In this document: piece by piece, positions 19,227-29,954 of the stretch
How positions within the stretch are numbered: position 1 is the stretch's first letter
Layout of the letters: each line of letters opens with the position of its first letter
The notes under the pieces: generated by a model
The model's input: only the letters and a program-made list of their open reading frames with translations
Database searches by the model: none
Told to the model about the DNA's origin: nothing
DNA from: Sphingobacteriia bacterium
GTDB taxonomy: Bacteria > Bacteroidota > Bacteroidia > Chitinophagales > Chitinophagaceae
NCBI GenBank assembly: GCA_015999745.1
Contig: JAECQP010000009.1
Location: 14,025 to 78,024 of the forward strand
Reading direction: 5' to 3'
DNA length: 64,000 bases
Translations under genes and position numbers: made by a program

Positions 19227-19697
19227 ATGAAAACAAGAATCATGGTGACAGCTATCGGATTGATAGCGCTTTGCAGTTGGAAACTACAAGAAGAGAAAAG
19301 CATAAAAAAGGCAAAATGGCTTAATGGAACCTGGGAAAATAAAACCCAGAAAGGGAGTATCTATGAAACCTGGAGTAAAATAAATGAGTTTGAATATTCG
19401 GGTAGAAGTTACATAGTAAAAGAGAAAGACACTATTATTTTTGAAACCATTCGATTGGTACAAGAGCAAGGCGGGTTATTTTATATTCCAACTGTTAAAA
19501 ACCAAAATGATGGTTCACCTGTTCGATTTGCGGCAAAAATAATTTCTGATTCAGCGTTAATATTTGAAAATCAACAACATGATTTTCCGCAAATCATTTC
19601 TTACAGAAAAATCAGCACAGACTCATTAGTTGCGGAAATTTCAGGATGGGAAAACGGGCAAGAACGCCGGCAAATATTTCCGATGAAACGAATGTAG
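19227..19697 (+). CDS. DUF6265-like lipocalin-type secreted protein
   Basis: MKTRIMVTAIGLIALCS signal, followed by WLNGTWENKTQKGSIYETW...FENQQHDFPQIISYRK, which I recall from DUF6265 proteins. Start chosen at the internal ATG. Confidence 0.45.
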   Translation: MKTRIMVTAIGLIALCSWKLQEEKSIKKAKWLNGTWENKTQKGSIYETWSKINEFEYSGRSYIVKEKDTIIFETIRLVQEQGGLFYIPTVKNQNDGSPVRFAAKIISDSALIFENQQHDFPQIISYRKISTDSLVAEISGWENGQERRQIFPMKRM

Positions 19698-19878
19698 CCA
19701 AAAGATATAACCATGGCTTTTGAAATAGGAGACACTACTGCGCCCTGCTTTTCTTTAAAGGCGACCTATTGAAGGCTAATATTTGATTTTTCCTGAAATA
19801 AAACGAAAAAATATTTGCGAAACTGAAAAGTTGCACATATATTAGCAACCAATTAGTTTCATATTTTCACTAAAACAA

Positions 19879-20190
19879 ATGAGAAGAGATATTTTTCAAG
19901 CCATCGCCGACCCTACAAGACGGGCAATTATTGCACTTATTGCATTACAGGCAATGACACCCAATGCCATTGCAGGGCACTTCGACACAACAAGACAGGC
20001 CGTTTCCAAACACTTGCGTATTTTAACAGAATGCGGGCTGATAAAGCAAGAGCACAAAGGCCGGGAAATATATTACCAGCTTGAGATTGACAAAATGAAA
20101 GAAATAGACAAGTGGCTGGAACAATTCCGCAAAATATGGGAAACACGATTTAGCCAGCTCGACAATTTATTGTCCATCATCAAAAAATAA
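19879..20190 (+). CDS. ArsR/SmtB-family metalloregulator-type HTH repressor
   Basis: [51 protein letters not shown] is the canonical ArsR wHTH core. Confidence 0.85.
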   Translation: MRRDIFQAIADPTRRAIIALIALQAMTPNAIAGHFDTTRQAVSKHLRILTECGLIKQEHKGREIYYQLEIDKMKEIDKWLEQFRKIWETRFSQLDNLLSIIKK

Positions 20191-20194
20191 TAAA

Positions 20195-20698
20195 ATGAAC
20201 AGTAATCTCCTATTCGATTTTTCCGTAAACAAGGAAAACAAGACTATTCATGTAAAACGTGAATTTGCCGCAAACCTGGATTTGGTTTGGAAAGCCTGGA
20301 CAACTGCGGAACTGCTTGACCAATGGTGGGCTCCCAAGCCATATCGCAATCAGACAAAATCACTGGATTTTAGAGAAGGCGGACATTGGCTGTATGCAAT
20401 GATTAGCCCTAAGGAGGAAATATTTTGGTGCAAACAGGATTATAAAGAAATCGACCTTTTGGCAAGTTTTTCGGGATTGGACGCATTTTGCGACGAAAGT
20501 GGAAATATTAATCCTGATTTCCCCCGTTCACTATGGGAGAACCATTTCAGTGAAGAGGCCGATAGCACTACCGTTAACATCACGATCAGTTACGACAGCC
20601 TTGCCGATCTTGAAAAAACAGTTGAAATGGGCTTTAAGGAAGGCTTTACAATGGGCATGCAGAATCTGGATGAATTATTGTTAATCTTAAAAAAATAG
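20195..20698 (+). CDS. SRPBCC/AHSA1-like (START-fold) protein
   Basis: IHVKREFAANLDLVWKAWTTAELLDQWWAPKPY is the typical AHSA1-family N-terminus. The gene lies 4 nt after arsR. Confidence 0.7.
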   Translation: MNSNLLFDFSVNKENKTIHVKREFAANLDLVWKAWTTAELLDQWWAPKPYRNQTKSLDFREGGHWLYAMISPKEEIFWCKQDYKEIDLLASFSGLDAFCDESGNINPDFPRSLWENHFSEEADSTTVNITISYDSLADLEKTVEMGFKEGFTMGMQNLDELLLILKK

Positions 20699-20702
20699 CA
20701 AA

Positions 20703-21119
20703 ATGAGTACCACAAAAATTACTGTTGAAGCAACAATCAATGCAGAACCAAAAAAGGTTTGGGATTATTGGACAGTACCAACGCATATTACTAAATGGAA
20801 TTTCGCCTCTGATGATTGGCAATGCCCCAAAGCAGAAAACGATCTGAAGCCTGGTGGAACATATTTTGCCCGGATGGAGGCTAAAGACGGGAGTTTCGGC
20901 TTTGATTTTGAAGCTGTTTATGATGAAGTAATAGACGGTCAAAAAATCACTTACACAATGGGGGACGGCAGACAGGCAACAACTACGTTTGAAGATCTAG
21001 ACGGTGCAACAACAGTTACCACAGTCTTTGATGCAGAAAATTCCAACCCTATAGAAATACAACAACAAGGATGGTTGGCAATTTTGAATAATTTCAAGAA
21101 GTATGTTGAAGTAAACTAA
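20703..21119 (+). CDS. SRPBCC/AHSA1-like protein (second copy)
   Basis: ITVEATINAEPKKVWDYWTVPTHITKWNFASDDW...GFDFEAVYDEV resembles SRPBCC proteins of the YndB/AHSA1 type. Confidence 0.7.
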   Translation: MSTTKITVEATINAEPKKVWDYWTVPTHITKWNFASDDWQCPKAENDLKPGGTYFARMEAKDGSFGFDFEAVYDEVIDGQKITYTMGDGRQATTTFEDLDGATTVTTVFDAENSNPIEIQQQGWLAILNNFKKYVEVN

Positions 21120-21124
21120 CACTT

Positions 21125-21517
21125 ATGAACAAGGATATCCGGTCTTACAACAACAAACAACTTTCCGAAGACAAAGCCATTTGCGATTTGCTTTATCAGG
21201 AAATATGCAAACATCTTCCCGCAGCGCTGAATAAGGTCTGGCACGCCCACCCTGTTTGGTTTTTGGAAGAAAATCCAATTGTTGGTTACAGCAAACAGAA
21301 ACCGGGAATCAGATTGATGTTCTGGAGCGGCGCCGATTTTGGAGAAGAAGGATTAAGTGTAAGAGGGGTGAAATTTAAAGACGCTTCCGTTTTCTACCAT
21401 TCCGTTCCTGAAATTAACCTGACCGACTTAAAACGCTGGCTCCAAAAATCAGTCGACATTCAATGGGATTATAAAAATATTGTGAAAAGAAAAGGACAAC
21501 TTTTACGATTAAAATGA
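21125..21517 (+). CDS. DUF1801 (YdhG-like) domain protein
   Basis: Its size, operon position with ArsR/SRPBCC genes and the motif WHAHPVWFLEENPIVGYSKQK fit. Assignment is from memory only. Confidence 0.4.
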   Translation: MNKDIRSYNNKQLSEDKAICDLLYQEICKHLPAALNKVWHAHPVWFLEENPIVGYSKQKPGIRLMFWSGADFGEEGLSVRGVKFKDASVFYHSVPEINLTDLKRWLQKSVDIQWDYKNIVKRKGQLLRLK

Positions 21518-21879
21518 AACTGGAAAACCGCAAACAGAAAGTAACTCCGTTACCCCGCTTCTTATTCAGGCTTGGGCGTTATGCATTATTTGCGTTGGGT
21601 TTAATAACCTTTTCGGTTCTACTCGGAACAATTGGCCATCATCATTTTGGGAAAATATCATGGGTTGACAGTTTTCATATGGCTTGTATGATTTTGACCG
21701 GCATGGGCCCCGTTGCAGAAATGGAATCGTCTACCGCTAAAATATTCTCCTCTCTGTATGCTTTATACAGCGGGGTGGCATTCCTGAGTATCACAGCAGT
21801 GTTTTTTGCCCCTATCATTCACCGGCTATTGCACATCTTACATGTAGAGCAGGAGGAAGATGAAAACAAGACCCTGTAA
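21514..21879 (+). CDS. Small membrane protein, possibly a two-TM pore-loop (ion-channel-like) protein
   Basis: Has a TM-loop-TM layout (YALFALGLITFSVLLGTI, then SWVDSFHMACMILTGMGPV, then YSGVAFLSITAVFFAPII). There is no canonical TVGYG filter. It overlaps the upstream gene by 4 nt. Confidence 0.3.
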   Translation: MKLENRKQKVTPLPRFLFRLGRYALFALGLITFSVLLGTIGHHHFGKISWVDSFHMACMILTGMGPVAEMESSTAKIFSSLYALYSGVAFLSITAVFFAPIIHRLLHILHVEQEEDENKTL

Positions 21880-21933
21880 CATAAACCGTGTTGATCTGTC
21901 TTCAACAGCACCTCATGAATACCGCATTAAAAA

Positions 21934-21953
21934 GGGTGGCTGATGGGCCACCC
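21934..21953. terminator. Bidirectional rho-independent terminator between convergent genes
   Basis: aaaaGGGTGGCtgatggGCCACCCttttt: a 7-bp GC-rich stem flanked by an A-run and a T-run, lying between the membrane-protein gene (+) and katG (-). Confidence 0.65.
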
Positions 21954-21977
21954 TTTTTAAATATCAACCGAAAGTAA

Positions 21978-24314
<2,337 letters not shown>

Positions 24315-24481
24315 TCAATGGCAATTATCTGCATCAAGGCCTGGAACAGGATAAGCATCTCCACACAGATGTAGCCCCGAAAGTAACAATAGCGCTACCT
24401 GTTCGGGGGAATAATCGCAAATCAACATCCTTGTACTTTTTCCCAAAAAATGGATTGGTTGTTGTTTTTTGTTATATTTAC

Positions 24482-24499
24482 CTACCTATTAGTAGGTAG
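24482..24499. promoter_or_regulatory. Inverted repeat CTACCTA-ttag-TAGGTAG, candidate TetR operator
   Basis: Perfect 7-bp arms with a 4-bp spacer, ending 14 nt upstream of the TetR start codon (24514). Confidence 0.5.
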
Positions 24500-24513
24500 A
24501 TTAATGAATTATA

Positions 24514-25077
24514 ATGACAACCACCAGAGAAAACATCATTCACGAAGCCGATTATCTTGTTCGTAACAATGGGTATAATGCCTTTAGTTTCAAGGATATT
24601 TCTTATGCGATCGGGATCAAAACAGCTTCCATCCACTATCATTTTCCAACAAAATCCGACCTGGCCATAGCTGTATTGGAGGAACATCTTAGCATTTTAG
24701 AAAAGACCAGGGAGTGTTATAAAAACAAAACACCTTTAGAAAATTTAGACAAATTTCTATCCATATATTCTCAGATAAAAAAAGAGAACAAGGTTTGCAT
24801 TGTAGGCTCCCTGGCAACCGACTTAAACACAGTAGATGAAAAGATCAAAGGTAAGCTCAAAACGTTTGCCCTTGCATTTCTCGACTGGGTTGCAGCATTC
24901 CTGGAAAAAGGGCGAAAGGAGCATATTTTTCACTTTGATTGTACCCCCCGAATCAAAGCCCTGCTCATTATTTCCAATATGCTGGCGATTTTGCAGTTAT
25001 CCAGGCTTACCGGTCAGGAGGATTTTGAAAATGTAAAGAAAACCATCAAAAATGAACTTCTAAAAAAAATGATATGA
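24514..25077 (+). CDS. TetR/AcrR-family transcriptional regulator
   Basis: The N-terminal HTH is GYNAFSFKDISYAIGIKTASIHYHFPTKSDL. Confidence 0.85.
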   Translation: MTTTRENIIHEADYLVRNNGYNAFSFKDISYAIGIKTASIHYHFPTKSDLAIAVLEEHLSILEKTRECYKNKTPLENLDKFLSIYSQIKKENKVCIVGSLATDLNTVDEKIKGKLKTFALAFLDWVAAFLEKGRKEHIFHFDCTPRIKALLIISNMLAILQLSRLTGQEDFENVKKTIKNELLKKMI

Positions 25078-25577
25078 CTACTACTCTCAGAAAAAGAACC
25101 TATGAATGGGGCGATCCGCTGGAAGGCGCTGCCAAGGCCAAATCAATGTCAGGCTTTGAATACCTGACGGCTATCAACAACGATGAGATTCCTCCTCCCC
25201 CGTTAATGGTTACGCTCGGCTTTGAAAGACCGGATATAAAACAGGGGGAAGCAACATTTTATTTTAAACCGGAGGAATACCATTACAACCCGATCGGGAG
25301 CGTACACGGCGGAGTGGTTTCGGCTATACTCGATTCGGTGATGGGCTGCACATTACAAACCACGCTACCCACCGGCGTAGGATACACAACACTTGAATTA
25401 AAAGTAAATTTTCTCAAAGCTGTTAGTTATCAAACCGGAAGAATGATTGCCACGGGAAGAATTATTCACTCGGGAAAAAGCACGGCACTCATTGAAGGCA
25501 GCCTGGCTGATGAAAAAGGGACCGTATATGCGCACGGAGTCTCTACTTGCATGTTATTCCCTTTTAACAACAAATAA
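25074..25577 (+). CDS. PaaI/hotdog-fold thioesterase
   Basis: NPIGSVHGGVVSAILDSVMGC...GRIIHSGKSTALIEGSL is the PaaI-type motif set. It overlaps the TetR gene by 4 nt. Confidence 0.8.
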   Translation: MTTTLRKRTYEWGDPLEGAAKAKSMSGFEYLTAINNDEIPPPPLMVTLGFERPDIKQGEATFYFKPEEYHYNPIGSVHGGVVSAILDSVMGCTLQTTLPTGVGYTTLELKVNFLKAVSYQTGRMIATGRIIHSGKSTALIEGSLADEKGTVYAHGVSTCMLFPFNNK

Positions 25578-25578
25578 G

Positions 25579-26826
25579 ATGATGATGAAAAGAGTAGTCA
25601 TAACCGGGCTGGGAGCCGTTACCCCCATTGGAAACAACGTTCAGGAATACTGGCGTGCATTAATAAACGGAGTAAGCGGGGCTGCATTAATAAGCAAATT
25701 TGACCCTTCAAAATTCAAAACAAAATTTGCCTGCGAGGTAAAAAACTTTGTGCCAGCCATTTTTGATAAAAAAGAGCTCAGGAAATATGATCTGTATACC
25801 CAATACGCACTAGTGGCGGTTGATGAAGCGGTTACACAGGCCGCTATAAATTTTGAGCATGTCAATAGAAACAGAACCGGTGTAATTTGGGGAGCCGGCG
25901 ATGGGGGCGTCACTACATTTGAAGAACAACTGAAAGCGTATTTCCTGTCGGATGGTACGCCTCGCTTCAGTCCTTTCTTTATCCCAAAAAGAATTACCAA
26001 TATTGCATCGGGGGTCATTTCCATCAAATATGGCCTGCGTGGTGTTACCTATACTACTTCCGCCGCTTGTTCCGCAAGTAATAATGCCATTATTGATGCG
26101 TTCAATTACATCCGCTGGGGCAAAGCCGACATGATGATTGCCGGTGGCTCTGAAGCATCTGTAACGGAAAGCTCTGTAGGTGGGTTTAATGCTTCAAAGG
26201 CATTATCGACCCGGAATGAATCTTTTACAACAGCTTCAAGACCTTTTGATAAAGACAGGGATGGTTTTGTATTAGGCGAGGGTGGCGGCGCGATCATACT
26301 GGAAAGTTATGAACACGCTGTTCAAAGAGGCGCAAAAATCCTTGCTGAAATAGCAGGCGGAGGGTTGGCAGCAGACGCCTATCATTTAACCGGCACACAT
26401 CCTGAAGGAGAGGGCGCTATCATCGGAATGAACCTGGCCCTGGAAGAAGCTGGCCTGTCTCCTGACAGTATAGACTACATCAATGCGCACGCTACTTCCA
26501 CTCCGGCCGGGGATCTCAGTGAGCTAAATGCAATGCTATCTGTTTTTGGTGAAAATCCAAACGCAAATATCAGTGCTACCAAGTCAATGACCGGGCATCT
26601 TTTAGGAGGAGCCGGGGCCATTGAAGCCATCGCCTGCATTAAATCGATCCAGGAAAATATTATCCCTCCAACCATTAATACGCAACAGATTGAAAACGAT
26701 TTTGAAGGTTGTTTCGACCTGACACTTGGAAAATCACTGCAAAGAACCGTAAACTATGCAATGAGCAATACCTTTGGATTCGGCGGCCATATTGCCAGCG
26801 CTATATTTAAGAAAGTCCATGACTGA
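25579..26826 (+). CDS. fabF: Beta-ketoacyl-ACP synthase II-like condensing enzyme
   Basis: MMMKRVVITGLGAVTPIGN. The active site Cys is in TSAACSASNNAI, with His residues in NAHATSTPAGD and KSMTGHLLGGAG. Start at the ATG 25579, 1 nt after the thioesterase stop. Confidence 0.85.
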   Translation: MMMKRVVITGLGAVTPIGNNVQEYWRALINGVSGAALISKFDPSKFKTKFACEVKNFVPAIFDKKELRKYDLYTQYALVAVDEAVTQAAINFEHVNRNRTGVIWGAGDGGVTTFEEQLKAYFLSDGTPRFSPFFIPKRITNIASGVISIKYGLRGVTYTTSAACSASNNAIIDAFNYIRWGKADMMIAGGSEASVTESSVGGFNASKALSTRNESFTTASRPFDKDRDGFVLGEGGGAIILESYEHAVQRGAKILAEIAGGGLAADAYHLTGTHPEGEGAIIGMNLALEEAGLSPDSIDYINAHATSTPAGDLSELNAMLSVFGENPNANISATKSMTGHLLGGAGAIEAIACIKSIQENIIPPTINTQQIENDFEGCFDLTLGKSLQRTVNYAMSNTFGFGGHIASAIFKKVHD

Positions 26827-26936
26827 GCCCTATTTCCAAGGTATTTCTAAACTGCACTGTTCTCCAATACAAATTTATTCAGGATCTGAATGGAGTGTTG
26901 TATTTTGTTGAGGCATTTTAAATAACAGGGCAGCTG

Positions 26937-27389
26937 ATGAAATCATTCTTTAAGGAACTTTTCCAATACAACACACAGGCAAACCAGGAACTGATCGAAG
27001 TTTTGAGTAAAACTTCCGGAGACACGATAAAACAAAGCACAAAACTCCTCAGTCATATCCTGAATGCCCATCAGAGATGGAATGATAAGTTCCTGCCCCA
27101 GGCGGTCCTTTTTAGCCCATGGGAAATGCACCAGGTACAGACCCTCGCCGAAATTGACAAAAAAAACATGGAACAATCAATGCGCATACTGGAGGAAGTC
27201 GCCCTGGATCAACCGGTTTCCTATACAACCAGTAATGGCCAGTCTTTCCACAACAGCGCCCGGGATATTTTATTCCATATCATCCATCATTCCAACTATC
27301 ACAGGGCGCAGATAGCCACTGAATTCAGGCAAAACGGGCTTGAACCGGTGATGTCTGATTATATTTTTTATAAAATGAGAACCCAATAA
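26937..27389 (+). CDS. DinB-family (four-helix bundle, metal-binding) protein
   Basis: YNTQANQELIEVL...SHILNAHQRW...HIIHHSNYHRAQI shows the His triad spacing typical of DinB/YfiT. Confidence 0.75.
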   Translation: MKSFFKELFQYNTQANQELIEVLSKTSGDTIKQSTKLLSHILNAHQRWNDKFLPQAVLFSPWEMHQVQTLAEIDKKNMEQSMRILEEVALDQPVSYTTSNGQSFHNSARDILFHIIHHSNYHRAQIATEFRQNGLEPVMSDYIFYKMRTQ

Positions 27390-27404
27390 TTGATATTTAG
27401 AACA

Positions 27405-27980
27405 ATGGAATCAGCCTATTTCGACGATCGTGTATTTGACCGGAAAGACTTTACAGTGGAATTACCTGTAAAGGGCGAGTATGAAGACTGCCGGTTCCTG
27501 AATTGCAACTTTTCAAATACAGATCTCTCCGGCTTCAGGTTTAGCAATTGCCTCTTTTCGGGATGCAATTTAAGTTTGGCTAAACTTCATAAAACAGCCT
27601 TCAGCGATACCCGGTTCAGGGATTGCAAATTAATCGGGTTGCATTTTGAAGACTGCAACGAATTTGGCCTTTCTTTTACATTCGATAACTGCACCCTGAA
27701 TCATTCCTCCTTTTCCGGTTTAAAACTCAAAAAAAACGTTTTCCTGAATTCCCAACTGAAAGAGGCCGACTTCAGCAACTGTGATCTTACGGAATCCGTT
27801 TTTGACCGCTGCGATTTAACCAGGACCTCTTTCAGCAATACTAACCTGGAAAAGGCAGATTTCCGGACCGCGTTCAACTATTCCATCGATCCGGAGATCA
27901 ATAAGCTCCGGAAGGCTGTATTTTCCTACCCCGGTGTATTGGAACTGCTCAGCAGGTACAACATTATAGTGAAGGATTAA
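27405..27980 (+). CDS. Pentapeptide-repeat protein (Qnr/MfpA-size right-handed beta-helix)
   Basis: The protein is almost entirely A(D/N)LXX-type repeats: CRFLNCNFSNTDLSGFRFSNCLFSGCNLSLAKLHKTAFSDTRFRDCKLIGLHFEDCN...ADFSNCDLTESVFDRCDLTRTSFSNTNLEKADFRTA. Confidence 0.85.
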   Translation: MESAYFDDRVFDRKDFTVELPVKGEYEDCRFLNCNFSNTDLSGFRFSNCLFSGCNLSLAKLHKTAFSDTRFRDCKLIGLHFEDCNEFGLSFTFDNCTLNHSSFSGLKLKKNVFLNSQLKEADFSNCDLTESVFDRCDLTRTSFSNTNLEKADFRTAFNYSIDPEINKLRKAVFSYPGVLELLSRYNIIVKD

Positions 27981-28057
27981 GTGGAAGTAGTTTAGCAAGT
28001 TTTGGGTTGTACAACGCCGGCATTTAAACAATCTTTGCTTTCTCAATATAACCAAAG

Positions 28058-28903
28058 ATGACTCAACAGCAGCACATCAACTATTCCAGAATTGCTGAAG
28101 CAATTACCTACATCAAAAACAATTTCAGGGAACAGCCCAATCTGGATGAAGTGGCCAAAATGGTTCACCTGAGCCCTTTTCACTTTCAACGGCTTTTCAC
28201 CGATTGGGCAGGCACAACTCCTAAAAAATTTCTGCAGTACACCAGCATTGAATATGCAAAAAAACTGTTGAAAGAAAACCAGGCAACCCTGTTTGATGCC
28301 GCGTTCGAAACAGGGCTCTCCGGAACAGGCAGATTGCACGATCTTTTCATCAACATTGAAGGCATGACCCCGGCCGGGTATAAAAATGGCGGTAAAAGCC
28401 TTGATATCAACTATAGTTTTGCGGAAAGCCCATTTGGGAACATACTGGTAGCTTCTACTTCCAGGGGCATCTGCCATATGGCATTTGCCGATAATGAGAC
28501 CGCTGCCCTTGCAAGATTAAAATCGCAGTTTCCCAATGCTGTTTTCCAGCAAATCGTTGATTGGGCACAACAAAATGCCCTCAACATTTTCAGCAGCGAC
28601 TGGTCGAGGCTCAGCCAGATAAAGCTACACTTAAAGGGAACGCCTTTTCAATTAAAGGTTTGGGAAACACTTTTAAAAATACCCATGGGGCGTCTCACCA
28701 CTTATGGAACAATCGCCGGTAAAATAGAAAAACCAAATGCATCCAGAGCCATAGGAACTGCCATCGGCAGCAATCCGGTTGCATTCCTGATACCCTGCCA
28801 CAGGGTCATTCGGTCTACCGGGGAATTGGGCGGATACATGTGGGGCGAAACCAGAAAAACAGCCATCATTGGTTGGGAGGGTGCAAAAACCCTTCACGAA
28901 TAA
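28058..28903 (+). CDS. AraC-type HTH fused to O6-methylguanine-DNA methyltransferase (Ada-like, without N-Ada zinc domain)
   Basis: The N-terminus has an AraC HTH (LDEVAKMVHLSPFHFQRLFTDWAGTTPKKFLQY). The C-terminus is MGMT with the active site IPCHRVIRSTGELGGY. Confidence 0.85.
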   Translation: MTQQQHINYSRIAEAITYIKNNFREQPNLDEVAKMVHLSPFHFQRLFTDWAGTTPKKFLQYTSIEYAKKLLKENQATLFDAAFETGLSGTGRLHDLFINIEGMTPAGYKNGGKSLDINYSFAESPFGNILVASTSRGICHMAFADNETAALARLKSQFPNAVFQQIVDWAQQNALNIFSSDWSRLSQIKLHLKGTPFQLKVWETLLKIPMGRLTTYGTIAGKIEKPNASRAIGTAIGSNPVAFLIPCHRVIRSTGELGGYMWGETRKTAIIGWEGAKTLHE

Positions 28904-28916
28904 AAGCATACACACA

Positions 28917-29540
28917 ATGGATTTATTCAACGAAACATACCGTTCAATCAACCTGTTGCCCAACGATGGTACGGTGAATTATTTCGGCACTATTCTGAAC
29001 CCGCAGAAATCGGGATTTTACCTGAACCATCTGCTCAATGATATTAAATGGGAAAATGACCGGGCAATCATTTTTGGCAAACTGATCATCACGAAGCGTA
29101 AAGTAGCCTGGTATGGAGAGCAGGAGTTTGAATACACGTATTCCAATGTTACCAGGAAAGCGCTGCCGTGGACCAGCCAATTACTGGAGTTAAAGCAACT
29201 TGTTGAAGCAAAGACGGGCGAGCAATTCAATTCATGCCTGCTGAACCTGTATCACAACGGAGAAGAAGGAATGGCCTGGCACAGCGATGGAGAAAAAGAC
29301 CTGAAGAAGCATGGCGCCATCGGATCGTTAAGCTTTGGAGCAGCCCGAAAATTTTCTTTTAAACACAAGGTTTCCAAAGAAACCGTTTCACTGATGTTAG
29401 AACCGGGGAGCCTGCTCGTAATGAAAGGTACCACGCAGGACAACTGGCTTCACCGGCTACCACCAGCCAGACGGGTTATTACACCTAGAGTAAATCTTAC
29501 CTTCAGAACAATTGTATCACCCGAAAATACCTGTAAATGA
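28917..29540 (+). CDS. alkB: Fe(II)/2-oxoglutarate-dependent DNA/RNA dealkylating dioxygenase AlkB
   Basis: NSCLLNLYHNGEEGMAWHSDGE (HxD), GSLLVMKGTTQDNWLHRLP, RVNLTFR. Start at the ATG 28917 (MDLFNETY). Confidence 0.85.
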   Translation: MDLFNETYRSINLLPNDGTVNYFGTILNPQKSGFYLNHLLNDIKWENDRAIIFGKLIITKRKVAWYGEQEFEYTYSNVTRKALPWTSQLLELKQLVEAKTGEQFNSCLLNLYHNGEEGMAWHSDGEKDLKKHGAIGSLSFGAARKFSFKHKVSKETVSLMLEPGSLLVMKGTTQDNWLHRLPPARRVITPRVNLTFRTIVSPENTCK

Positions 29541-29923
29541 AAATAGCGCATATTGCCATTTGGACCAACAACCTGGAAGGATTGAGAAAATTTTATTCAA
29601 CCCATTTCCATTGTTCGGCTTCGGCGCGGTACGAGAACCCTCAAAAAAAATTCTCTTCTTACTTCCTTTCGTTCAAGGATGGTGCGGCCATTGAACTCAT
29701 GCAACGCGGGGATATTACGGAGCCTCCCGGGAAGGAAATGACCGGACTGGCTCATTTTGCCATAGAGGCAGGAACCAAAGAACAGGTAGACCTGTTGACC
29801 GAAACATTGGAGAAAGCCGGAGTTCGCGTTTTCAGTTATCCCAGAACAACCGGAGACGGTTATTACGAGAGCGTGATCATGGATCCTGATGGCAACAGGA
29901 TTGAACTGGTGGCGCAGCGCTGA
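29537..29923 (+). CDS. VOC/glyoxalase-family protein
   Basis: MKIAHIAIWTNNLEGLRKFY...GLAHFAIEAG...YYESVIMDPDGNRIEL. It overlaps alkB by 4 nt (ATGA). Confidence 0.75.
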   Translation: MKIAHIAIWTNNLEGLRKFYSTHFHCSASARYENPQKKFSSYFLSFKDGAAIELMQRGDITEPPGKEMTGLAHFAIEAGTKEQVDLLTETLEKAGVRVFSYPRTTGDGYYESVIMDPDGNRIELVAQR

Positions 29924-29954
29924 TTAAACAAATGGCCAGGGCTGTTAACCGGCG

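Noticed and set aside
25447-25578. 44-codon N-terminal extension of FabF overlapping the thioesterase gene
   Set aside because: KAS II proteins start at the MKRVVITGLG motif. The extension lies entirely within the well-supported PaaI thioesterase reading frame.
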